This document shows positions 52,381-64,000 of a stretch of 64,000 nucleotides of DNA, piece after piece. Source of the DNA: Octopus sinensis (Eukaryota); the NCBI RefSeq assembly GCF_006345805.1, contig NC_042997.1, forward strand, positions 123,938,001 to 124,002,000, read 5' to 3'. Position 1 is the first letter of the stretch, and each line of letters begins with the position of its first letter. Below the pieces are notes generated by a model. That model had not been told where the DNA came from, did no database searches, and saw only the letters and a list, made by a program, of their open reading frames with translations. A program made the position numbers and the translations under genes.

Positions 52381-52850
52381 TACATATACATGTGTGTATG
52401 TATTTGCCCCTAAACGGGAAACAAGCATGTGACTGACTGCTAATATAGGTAATTTTCAACTGAGTAGACAGGATCGACGCTAGCAGAGTTACCAGCTCTG
52501 TCACAAAGCGACGCCTGGTCATGGTTCGAAATCGTGGCGTAATTACTTATTTTCAGATTGGTGATGAGATCTGCGAAGTGTTTGTCTCTGACTGACCAAA
52601 GATCTTTGCAATTGTTTCTAATAACTTTATCGCTGATATGTCTGAAATCGTGGTTGATATATTCTAGTTTATATGAGTTTTCAGTTATTCTACGGAGCTG
52701 TTGTGTGTAGGGATTTTCTTGGTTAAAGCTCCAGAGAAATAACTGATATATTTCATATGGGATGAAGTACATAACACGCTGAATGATAAATTTTGTCGAT
52801 CGAGTATCATCCACTTTATGCAATATGTACAAACCGCGTACCTACTTGGA
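52375..52850 (-). pseudogene. Possible LRR remnant; its 52375-52550 part is duplicated at 54064-54238
   Basis: 130-aa ORF 52440-52832 with KLEYI..KHFADLITNLKI..AGNS; shifted frame KLPILAVSH / KLPILEVSH in the two copies. Confidence 0.3.
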
Positions 52851-53268
52851 GCGTTGGGTTTTTTTTTTCCTGATCTTCCTTTTCTATTGGGCGTTTCTCT
52901 TTCTGAAGAGCTTTTATCGAAACGTTAAACCATCTTTCTCTCTTTCACTGAGCGTTTGCTAATACTTTACATGTACCACGTCCTCGCGTTGTTGGGTTTT
53001 TTTTATGCTTCTTCTTCATTTTTAAAACAATTACTACATATATATCGTGGGGGAGTAGTGCGTTCCGAAAAGATCTTGGTAGAACCCGTTGGTAACTTCT
53101 GTTCCTTCTTAAGACTTTTTCTTTTCTCCTTTCTAACGAAGAACCATTCCCGAAATGTCAAACTCTCTCATTTCACCGACCGTCAAGATAATACTTCTTT
53201 TCTAATGCACGTCCTCATATTGCCCGTTTATTTGAATAATTATTTATTGCAATTGACTATATATATAT

Positions 53269-53346
<78 letters not shown>

Positions 53347-53352
53347 ATATAT

Positions 53353-53387
<35 letters not shown>

Positions 53388-53402
53388 ATATATATAGAGA
53401 GA

Positions 53403-53790
53403 GAGGTGGTAAGTAGCTTGCTAACCAACCACATGGTTCCGGGTTCAGTCCAACTGCGTTGCACGTTCGGCAAGTGTCTTCTGCCATAGCCCCGGGCCGA
53501 CCAATGCCTTGTGAGTGGATTTGGTAGACGGAAACTGAAAGAAGCCTGTCGTATATATGTATATATATATATATGTGTGTGTGTTTGTGTGTCTGTGTTT
53601 GTTCCCCTAGCCTCGCTTGACAACCGATGCTGGTGTGTTTACGTCCCCGTCACTTAGCGGTTCGGCAAAAGAGACCGATAGAATAAGTACTGAGCTTACA
53701 AAGAATAAGTCCGGGGTCGATTTGCTCGACTAAAGGCGGTGTTCCAGCATGGCCGCAGTCAAATGACTGAAACAAGTAAAAGAGTAAAAG
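53403..53790 (+). mobile_element. SINE family A, near full length, young
   Basis: Head, core, microsatellite and tail ending AAACAAGTAAAAGAGTAAAAG. Confidence 0.9.
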
Positions 53791-53845
53791 TGAGAGTATA
53801 TATATATATACATACATACGTACATTTATACATACATGTATATAT

Positions 53846-54238
<393 letters not shown>

Positions 54239-55395
54239 GAGTCCAACACCCTTACAACAAGAGAACGTCTTTCCACTTCAATACATGCATATGTGTTTGA
54301 CTGCATGCATGCCTCCTCATGTGTGAATGTGTGCCTATGTACATGTCTGTGTTTGTTTAAACACGAACGGAGAATCGGTTTTGTGTCAAAGCGAGTAACT
54401 TGTTCATTCCCTGACTGTGGATCAATAAATAATACTATTACCGTGATCGTTGTGATCAAGTAAACCGCTAAAAGCTTTGCCCCAGTATGGCCACATCGTT
54501 ACGATTGTTGCGAAATGTATGTAGATACATACATGTGTGCTTGTGTGCTAATGTATATGTGTGAGAGAGAAAGTGATCGTAATGGATGTTGGTATGCGGT
54601 AGTGTACAGGAGGTTTAATTTTGTTGCAATGTGTCTCTATGGATGTGTTTTATAATTTATGAATGTAGGTATAGTAAGTAGATTCAGAAAAGTATTGATT
54701 TTTGTCACTCTTGCTATAGCACACGTATAACGAGATAACCAAAGCTAACTATAGATAGAGAACATTGCTGATGCTATAGAACCGCTGTAGTTGTAACTAT
54801 GTAAAAACAAACTATTAAGACTACCATAGCTAACCTATATTACACTCTGATATCACTCTTGTACGTAGCCAGACCCTATGCTGCTTTGCCGCATACACAA
54901 GAATTTACTTAACCGAATTAGAAAAAGACAGTTATGGTTTCATAAGGCACTTTATAATTTGATAATTAGCATTTTCTCCTCTCTCAGCACAGTTTTGGGG
55001 ATATTTATTTTAATTTATACGTATTTCCATTATATATGTCTCTACTTCAGTAAATGCCAGAGTTCTATTAATAAAAGTCATCATACAGAAAAATATATTC
55101 AAATCACATATATTTATGTTATTCCGATGATATTTTTTATATGATTCATGTGAAAGACAGTGTCCATGCTGGAGCATGCATTTCAAGAATTATAAGCGCA
55201 TAATCTGATATTGAATTTTTGATTTCTATTAATATAGTGATGAAGTTGACATATTTTCGAAATGTTCTGTTATGAATTATCTCCCTTTAGGAGTATCATT
55301 CATAGGGAATTTACAGATTTCATTTGTTATCTTTACACAAGTACAAAACATGGGCATGCTTCCGCGTACACACGTGTATATATATATATATATCG

Positions 55396-56012
55396 TAAAA
55401 TATATTTGCCAACTAAATGTGGCGGATCCATAGAAGACGATGTTATTGTTGTTTTTAACCCCAGGAAGCCACCTCAAGCTGGCTAACGACAAACTGTCTA
55501 TGTCCCATTAGTACTTGCGAGGGGGAGGGCATCGCTCCCAACTCTAGCATTACGTGATACACACAGACCCGTGTTTCTGTGTAGTTACCCGTCTTCAATG
55601 CGAGATAATCACCAGTTAGTGATGAAAACTCATTCCATTCACAAAATACTATATGCTTTCTTCCAGCGAGAAACTGTCACTCATCACGAAAAAGGAAAAA
55701 TAAACAATACTAAATCTCTGAGTGAGAGGTAAAGAGTAACAGTACGGAATTGTAAAATATATTTGCTAATTAAATGTGGCGGACACATAGAGGACGATGT
55801 TACTGTTGTTTGTAGCCACAGAAAGATATCTCCTCCAGCTGGTTAACGACACACTGTCTGAGTCCGATTAGTATTTGCGAGGGGAAGTTCATCGCTCCCA
55901 TCTCTAACCTTACGTGATACACACAGACCCGGGTTTCTGAGCAGTTACCCGTCTTCAGCGTGTGATAATCACCAGCTACTGATGAAAACTCATTCCACTC
56001 GCAAAATGCTAT
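55396..56012. repeat. Diverged tandem pair (~260-bp core, period ~358 bp), probably a SINE-like repeat
   Basis: AAATGTGGCGGA..CATCGCTCCCA..TTACGTGATACACACAGACCCG..GATGAAAACTCATTCCA occurs twice. Confidence 0.85.
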
Positions 56013-56143
56013 GGCAAAAAAAAAACCAGCAGTAATATCGTCAACTATGGGACCGTGTCATTTCGTTGGCAAATATAATTTACGATTCCATAGTGTTACT
56101 GTTTAGCACTCGCTCAGAGATTTAATATACCTATATATATATA

Positions 56144-56176
<33 letters not shown>

Positions 56177-56479
56177 CAAACATACACATATACACACATA
56201 TATATATGTATATATATATACACAAACATACACAAACACATACACACACACATATATGTATATATGCATATATACATATATATACACAAACACATACACA
56301 CACACATATATGTATATATACATATATACATGTAAATTCATAGTAAGCAAAGACCGAAAATTTTCAGACGATGAATATTCAAGTATAATCATATAGATAT
56401 TTATGTATTAACAGAGCAAACTTACACTGAATATAAAGTCGCAGAAAATTAAAGGGGAGATAATATTGTGTACAAGTTT

Positions 56480-57090
56480 GACAGTTGTCTCTAGGGTTTT
56501 ACAGTTATTTCATAATGTGGATAATGCAAGGAAAGTTAAAGGTTGAATGGGTGAAGTGGAAGGCAAGCAGTAGTAGAGAGAAGAAAGTAGGTAAGTCGAT
56601 GTTAGTGCGGCGCCTATTGAAACAATGGAAGGCAAGAAGAGATACGCGAATCAGTTCAGGAAGATGGAGAAGGTGAATGATCAAAGCATTGAGAGTAGTG
56701 GTAGAAGCGGAGAGTTGGGAGCTGACTGGGATAGGTGAGACGGGTTCTATTTGATGGGTGGTCGTTGTTGTTGGGTCTGTGAATAGATATTAAAATTTAG
56801 GGATTGTAGGACTAAGAACCACGGGAAATTGAGATACTGAGAAAATGGAGTGGTGAGTATTAAGGTGAAGCAAAGGTCACGTTATAGATGCTAGTGGTGT
56901 GATAAAAGGTGAATTTCGAAGAATGATTGGGAGTTGGCGGCGAAGAGAGAGTGCTGAGGCATGTAAAAATGCAAATAGAAAGTGAGGGATGGATAGGTTG
57001 ATAGTGAAGACAGGAGTAGGTAGTGCTTAGTGGCTTTAGTGAAGAATAATGAAGAAAAGATGGGGAAAATTTAAAATAATGAGAATAATG
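56480..57090. other. Purine-rich strand-asymmetric tract, possibly decayed retroelement ORF
   Basis: G/A-rich on the plus strand, similar in character to 6826-7495; no diagnostic motif. Confidence 0.3.
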
Positions 57091-57559
57091 TGACTGTAAG
57101 AGGGGATATGTATCATGTGAAGTTTTCAGCCTTTCTTACAAGTATACCAGTGAATATACGTTGCATATCAAATCCAAACGATTATATTTGTATACTTACA
57201 CCACTATCTTCATATCGGCTTACCTCATATGGATTCCTCTTAGAGCCTCATTTTACCTTTCAGATTTGATCCTCGGTAAAAGTTTCGGAGTGTTAGTTCA
57301 AATCATTTAAGTGCTACGAAGTGATTTCTGCTTAGATAATATCTTGATCATACCTGTTTAATATCTTTCTCTCTCTCTTTTTCTCTTTCTCTCTATCTAT
57401 TTATCTCTACCTCCTCTCTAACATAGGTTAAACATTCCTATCTCTCCGAGACAAACATTTTCTAGAAAATCGCTGGTACACGAAAAAAATTAACAGGTAC
57501 TCAGTGAAATATGAGAAGTATCATTGCACGAGAACAAAATCTAAAGCCCACTCCCAGTT

Positions 57560-57960
57560 GAAATCGCTAAGACTCAGGAACCAGTCCACTCGACCAGGAA
57601 TCTTTGATTAAATCCGTCATATATGGGGCAGAAGTTACAGCAACGCTAGATGATAAAACAACTGATAAAAACAGCTATATCGGACTATGTGAAGACGAAT
57701 TGAAAATCGCTATGTTAATTATATAGCTTATTTCCAACACAAGGAGAAAAGTAAATCTACTAAGTTGGCTAGCCACGTATGGAGATTGAATTCGAACGCC
57801 ACACCTCATAAAATAAAGTCGAAAATAATCGAACAATCCACAATATATGTTAGCGTACCAAAAATAAAAATGTAAGCTATGGGTAGCTGAAAGAGTTTAT
57901 GTCCTTTTCAGATCTAAGAACACTTACTCGCTGCTAGTTCTGAATTTTCACCTGTTGAAA
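57560..57960 (+). mobile_element. Penelope-like GIY-YIG endonuclease fragment
   Basis: LIKSVIYGAEVT..KNSYIGLCEDE..KSTKLASHVWRL..KCKLWVAERVYVL. Confidence 0.75.
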
Positions 57961-58239
57961 GCATTTGACTAAGTCCTTGTTGACAAACTGGAAGGCGCCA
58001 CCTTCTCCGGATTGAATCGTTGTACCATAGACTCTATACCTTATATTTCAGCGTTTTATTTTGCAGTCAAAGGGAATATAAATCTAATCCTCACACCCAT
58101 TTCCTTCTTTCTGTTCCCTTTTTCGTCTTCATGCTTTTCAGTCTTCTTCCACTGATATCTACTTCTTTCTCCCCTATTCTCGCTTTTTTCCCTCATCCTA
58201 TCATCCCATTTTTAGCTTATTATGCTATGTGGGCATAAT

Positions 58240-58372
58240 AAATCTACCCGAGAACAAATCGAACAAATCTGCCCGAGGATTTATTTTTAGACCTATCCTA
58301 TCGGTCTCTTTTGCAGAGCCGCTAAGTTATAGGGACGTAAACACATCAACAGCGGTTGTCAAATTTTGCTGG
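58240..58372 (-). mobile_element. SINE family A 3' fragment
   Basis: CTATCGGTCTCTTTTGC..CCGCTAAGTTA..GGGACGTAAACAC..GCGGTTGTCAA. Confidence 0.7.
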
Positions 58373-59469
58373 TGGATACGCCAAAATTGCGAATGCTACA
58401 ATCCTCTGTTCTTCAGTCATATGTATCAATAAATTTTGGTCAGTCTGTAAAACTCGTTCATAAATTACATAAAAAACAGTCTTGTGATATTCTCAAATAA
58501 TTCTATACATAATTCTCCCTTAACTGTTGTAAAACATAATAGCGAGTAAATATTGAGTTAGAAAAACAATTTTATAGACGAATGCACTTTTTTTTAATCA
58601 ATTCTTACACGTTATTATTCGTAGTTTTATATACTTCGAATTTACCTGTTACAAAGAAAGCGTCTCTCGTTTTCTTGAAGTTTCTGAATTTTCAAAACAT
58701 ATTAAGAAAACATTTATTACAATTGCGTTTTCGACATAGTGTTATTAAGTTAGACATGGCCCGGGCCTATACTGGCTGAAACCTATCAAGGTTATCAAAG
58801 TAATATGATATGAGCAAATCCTCTCCGAAAATTTTCAAATATGCTATGCCATATTTTTAAATACTGAAATGTTGATATAATGGTAACCAATCTTCAAAAA
58901 CGTATTCACAGTACTACTATAAGTCGTATGATATTAAATAACTTGACGCAGTAATTTTTCAATGTAATTCCTAGAAATGATTCGCAAATAAAACCCACCA
59001 AAGTTAAAGTTCATGACACTTTAGTGCTTTTTAAATGCATCGGTGCATTGATGATTTGTTGTTGTTTATAATATACATCGCAACCACTTAAATTTCATGT
59101 TTTTAAATAATTAAGGAAACATTTCTTCCAACTGCACAAACTTTCAGAACTGCTTAGAACTCATTTGAATATGAAAATACTTCTATAGTTGAAATTAATT
59201 AATATACGACTTTACTGAAGTATTGTATCCGTTTCCGCATATAAGTTTACGTCATTTATTAACGATGCTTTTTTCTGTTGCACTGTTCATCTGCCGCTTC
59301 TCAATGTTATATGACAAACTGGATTATTTTCCCAACATTCAGAGCCACAGCCATAGAACAAATGAAAATGTAATGTAATATGATCTTAAAATATATTTGT
59401 TGATACTGGTGTGAGATTGAAGATAATATGGGCAAGCTTGCCTTTTCAATATTACATGGAACACTTACT

Positions 59470-60320
59470 CCATTTTTCCCAAGATATTGTTTCAAATATA
59501 ACCTATATTTTACTGAAGCTATTTCTACCAACCTATCAGAATATTTTATGCTTAGCAGAAACGCTTGATAATGCATCCCATTAACATGGGAAGTCAGATT
59601 AGTCAGAGTACGTATCGTTTACCACGCAAATCTAAGCAGAAATTTCAGGAAAATGGATATTTTCAAAAGAAACCTACAGAGAAATAAGCTTAGAATAGGA
59701 CGTTGTTAGATTGACCTCAATTAAATTTAAGATGTAAGTGATATTTGTAAACTAAAATATATGTTATTAGTTTGCTCTGACGAATAACGCATGCATCGAC
59801 ATAAGGAAAACGATTTAAGTAAAGAGTGCAAGAAACTTCTGGATGTATAGCAATAATAGAAATTATGAAGTTTTAAAGTAAGCATCCTACTGATTACCAT
59901 GTTGATATATGAATTGGAACAGAAATCACAACTCCTGCGTGTACATGCATACATATATGCATACATACATCATGTATCATACTCACATGTGTGCGTAGTA
60001 TTTGCAAATAACTTGCAGATACAAGTACTCCCACTTGAAAGCTCCACATACAGAATATTAGCAGATTACGAGGACATCAGAAGAGAATGCACGCCGTATT
60101 GCTTTGATGTGTTTCAATATTTCAGGTTTCACGTTTCAAGAAGTTTGTGTAACTTCGCCTGGGAAACAGCTTTTTAAGTGTAGTGAATCTGGCTCCTTAA
60201 AAATTATATTGATGCCTCTCGACGATATAGCGATACATCTGCGTCAGCAACTCAGCGTTGAATCTAACTTACTGACAAAGGACAAGGAAAATATGTTACA
60301 CAAGGTAATATACCTATATG
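59470..60320 (+). pseudogene. Copy 1 of a duplicated segment; LRR-like remnant
   Basis: Aligns to 62118-62885. Shifted translations give LLKLFL, ETLD.SH, KLLDV/SNNR, FANNLQIQVLPL, SGFTFQ. Confidence 0.35.
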
Positions 60321-62117
60321 ATATACCTATACTATAATATATTGTAAAATAATATGATATAATATATATAATATGACATTATATAATGTACACATGAAAT
60401 ATAATATATTCAAATCTTCCCCAAGAATATACCAGAGATATTGCTTGGACTCAAACGATAGAGCGTGACGAACATCTCGATGGATGTGAAGAATAATACA
60501 CAGGATGCAAAGGCGTGTCCCATCTTGCGTTATTGCATTCTGAAATCAAGGATTGAATCACAATTGGTCAGCCAGCTCTAAGTAAGATATACTTTTACCC
60601 TTTAACATTCAAACTGCACATAAATGACCCAAATATTATACACAAAAAGCTTTAAGTTGGGCATTCATGAAGTACGTACCAAAACTTCACATTCAATGTA
60701 ATACATATATTTACTTACGTAATTTTACTGCACTATATGTATATATATAACAGATATTTGTGTGGGTATTCATAAATATGTGTGTCTGTCTGTCTGCATA
60801 TATGCATACGCGCGCACCTCTCTCTGTGGATGGTGTGCGTGTATGTGTGTGTGAGTATGCGTGTGTATGTGAATGCGCCTCTCTGTGTGTGAGTGAGTAT
60901 GCGCGCGCACATAATTATATAGTATGATATCACGCATTCCTGTGTCTGAGATTTCATACCTGCATACGTTGCAATGGGTAGTTTCCTATAATTGAATATG
61001 TTTCGCTTTTATATTTCCAAATATTAAATATTCATAAATGGCTTATCTAAGTAAAATAATCGTTTCATCATTAGTTGCAGACGATTCGAAATTGCATACA
61101 ACAAAATGTTTTACTTTATTTATTTACTATTTAATCCTGAAAGAAGAAACTGAAGACATTGATAATCACTTCTTAATTTCAGTCCAGTCAGCATATATAG
61201 CTTGTGACATATATAGCTATGTATATATATATTACATGTTGCAGGAAATGACAAAATGCAATTGTAGCAAAGTTTATAGAATATATGCTTCATAATTTAT
61301 TACTGCAGCGATTGTCGAAGAACAGAAGTTCTTGAGTAACGTATGATTAATATTTAGAACAATACAGTCGGAGCTTCAGACCGGGCATTAAGAATTCTCT
61401 CTATATTCTTACGAAATTAAGTAATCTTATTTCGGTATTCATTAAATGAAGCTGCTACTCTCTCTTTCAAGCATTTTAATATCCTGCTAAAATGTTTCTT
61501 TTTTAACACTGACTATTTGCAATGAGCACCTACTAATTCTGTTGATCACTCATGCGAAGATAGTTTTCAAGGAGACATATAACTTAATAAAGTGTGGCAG
61601 CAAACAAACGAAACGTATTCCTTTTCCTTAAAAGATTCTTCGCAAGATTTAACAATGGAAAATTCATTCTTAGACACTGAGGGGCATTAAATATGCATTC
61701 TGAAAATTACATCATAATTTTGCGACAACTATTATACCGATTAATCTCATGCTATGTATTCAGACGCCACAAATGAATATCAACATATATTCGTATTCGT
61801 GTTGAGTGAATTTGCAAAATAAATGAGTTTTCAGGAAAAACATGGCATGTCTTTGTAATAGTTTAGGTGTACGCTGCAGATTTGCATTGTCCTACATAAT
61901 AAAATGTTATTTCAGATATGATTCCAGGAGTTCTATCAGTAAATCATTGAGTTAGTAAACGAGTCATCTTCCATTTGGGCTAGTGATATTTCATCAATAT
62001 CATGTTTAAGCACCGAGAGTCATCATACATAAAAAACTATCTAAGTTTCCCCAGAGGAAAATGATTGTACCTTTTGTTACGTGAAACCTGAAATATTTAA
62101 AGACAGCACAATCATGC

Positions 62118-62885
62118 CATTTTCCCAAGATATTGTTTCATATATAATCTATAGTTTACTGAAGCTATTTCTATTAACGTATCAAACTTATTTATGTTTA
62201 GTAGAAACGCTTGATAATGCATCTCATTAACATGGGAAGTTAGATTCGTCAGAGTGTTATTAGTTTTCTCTGACGAATAACGCATGCTTCTAAGTAATGA
62301 AAACGATTTAAGTAAAGAGTGCAAGAAACTTCTGGATGTATAGCAATAATAGAAATTATAAAGTTTTTAAGTAAGCATCCTACTGTTTACCATGTTGAGA
62401 TATGAATTGGAACGGAAATCACAACTCCTTTACGTATATACATACGTACATACATACATACATACATACATACATACATACATACATACATACATACATA
62501 CATACATACATACATACATACATACATACATACATCATGTATCATACTCACATGTGTGTGTAGTATTTGAAAATAACTTGCAAATACAAGTACTACCACT
62601 TGAAAGCTCCACAAACAGGATATTAGCATATTATGAGGACATCAGAAGAAAATGCGCGCCGTATTCCTTTGAAGTGTTTCAATATTTCAGGTTTCACGTT
62701 TCAAGAAGTTTAAGGGAAAAGGTAGATAGCTTTTTAAGCATAGTGAATCTCGCTCTCAAAAATTGTATTGATGACTCTCGACGATATAACGATATATCTG
62801 CTTCAGCAACTCTGCTTGGATTTACGTGGTAAACGATACGTACAAGAAAAAATATGTTACAGAACGTAATATACCTATATGATAC
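62118..62885 (+). repeat. Copy 2 of the 59470-60320 segment
   Basis: About 80-85% identity by eye; lacks the ~59608-59755 segment; has an expanded (CATA)n; ends at the mariner insertion. Confidence 0.9.
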
Positions 62886-62895
62886 ACCTATACTA

Positions 62896-64000
62896 CGAGG
62901 GGCGTTCAATAAGTAATGCCCCTGATCCACTTCCCATAGCAGTAGAGCAACAAAACTTGGCACAGTTCTTAGTCTTTTTCTACATAGGAACAACCCAGAG
63001 TTACGCATTTCTCCCATTGTTTGATGCAGCTCTGGAGACTGTTTTCGTGACTTCAGAAATCAAGGCTGCATCATCTGGGAAACGCTTTCTTTTCAAAAAC
63101 ATCTTCATGGCTGGGAAGAGGTGAAAATCAGAGGATGCAAGGTCAGGAAAGTAGGGGGGATGGGGAGGAGTTCATAGCCATACGCCTGTGCTTCTGATCT
63201 GGCGACAAGCGAGTTGTGGACCGGAGCGTTGTCCTGCAAGAGGAGGATGCCTTTGCTGATCTTGCCCCGCCTCTTGGTTGTGATAGCTTCTCTTAATTTC
63301 CTCAAAAGTGAAGCATGATAGGCTCCTGTAATTGTGGTACCCTTTGCCAGGAAATCTGTCATCACTACTCCGTCCTGGTCCCAGAAGACAGTGAGCATGA
63401 CCTTGCCAGCGGATGGCTGCACCCTTGCTTTCTTTGGAGGAGGTAAGTCATGGTGCTTCCACTGCATTGACTGGGATTTGGTCTCTGGATCATAGTGATG
63501 GACCCAGGTCTCATCCTGTGTAATCAGTCTTTTGAAAAATTTTGACTCATCTTCTTGGCACATCTCCAAATTCATCCTCGTGCACTCGACGCGTTCTTGC
63601 TTCTGGAAAAGTGTGAGCAACCTGGGAATTCATCTGGCAGACACCTTTTGCATATGCAAATGGTCATGAATGATAGTTTCCACAGACCAGGTACTAATCT
63701 TGACCTCATGGGCTATTTGGCGAATAGTTATGCGTTGATCTTTCAAAATAGCAGCCTCAACTTGACGGACAGATGCCTCATCAATGGCAGAAGGGGTGCG
63801 ACCAGATCTGGGAGCTGTTTCCACAGAGTTCCGACCATGTTTGAATTCAGGATGCCAGCGTTTTACAAGGTCATATGATGGCGCATCATCACCATAAGTT
63901 ACTTTCATTTCATCAAAAGTCTCCTGTGGTGTGCGTCATTTCAAATACAAAAACCGGATCACTGCTCGACACTCAACAGGCTCCATTTCCCACTTGAATC
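62896..64000 (-). mobile_element. Mariner (same family as 16836-18115), runs off the window end
   Basis: TA followed by TIR CGAGGGGCGTTCAATAAGTAATGCCCCTGA; body highly similar to copy 1. Confidence 0.95.
62969..63986 (-). pseudogene. Mariner transposase, disrupted
   Basis: SAR*IPRLL (W changed to stop), ITQDETW, LQDNAPVH, then a frameshift in the HPPxSPDL motif and a ~35-bp C-terminal deletion. Confidence 0.9.

Noticed and set aside
55620-55990. (C/G)TGATGA motifs in the 358-bp tandem pair as hammerhead cores
   Set aside because: No properly paired stem II followed by GAAA and a cleavage triplet.

Overview
AT-rich, microsatellite-saturated animal genomic DNA. It is most likely from an octopus or another coleoid cephalopod, inferred from recurring Octopus-type tRNA-derived SINEs and the repeat landscape. 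I found no intact protein-coding gene; almost all ORFs in the supplied track are microsatellite translations or transposon debris. Contents: (i) a ~565-bp tandem array (4.4 direct units plus a 1.1-unit inverted arm, 127-3230), each complete unit carrying a type I hammerhead ribozyme, resembling a retrozyme or Penelope pLTR array; (ii) a loop-less palindrome at 35.5-35.9 kb carrying two minimal hammerheads with a compensated U3-A8 core, plus other degenerate hammerheads; (iii) two copies of one DD34D mariner, other Tc1/mariner fragments and a MITE; (iv) LINE fragments (Dong/R4, CR1-group, Tx1, a 5'-inverted RTE with TSD) and Penelope-like fragments; (v) many SINEs; (vi) between the repeats, heavily decayed LRR-coding sequence, including two relics with LRR-LRRCT-TM-TIR order that suggest a Toll-like receptor pseudogene field. 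All translations and alignments were done by eye, so boundaries of decayed features are approximate.
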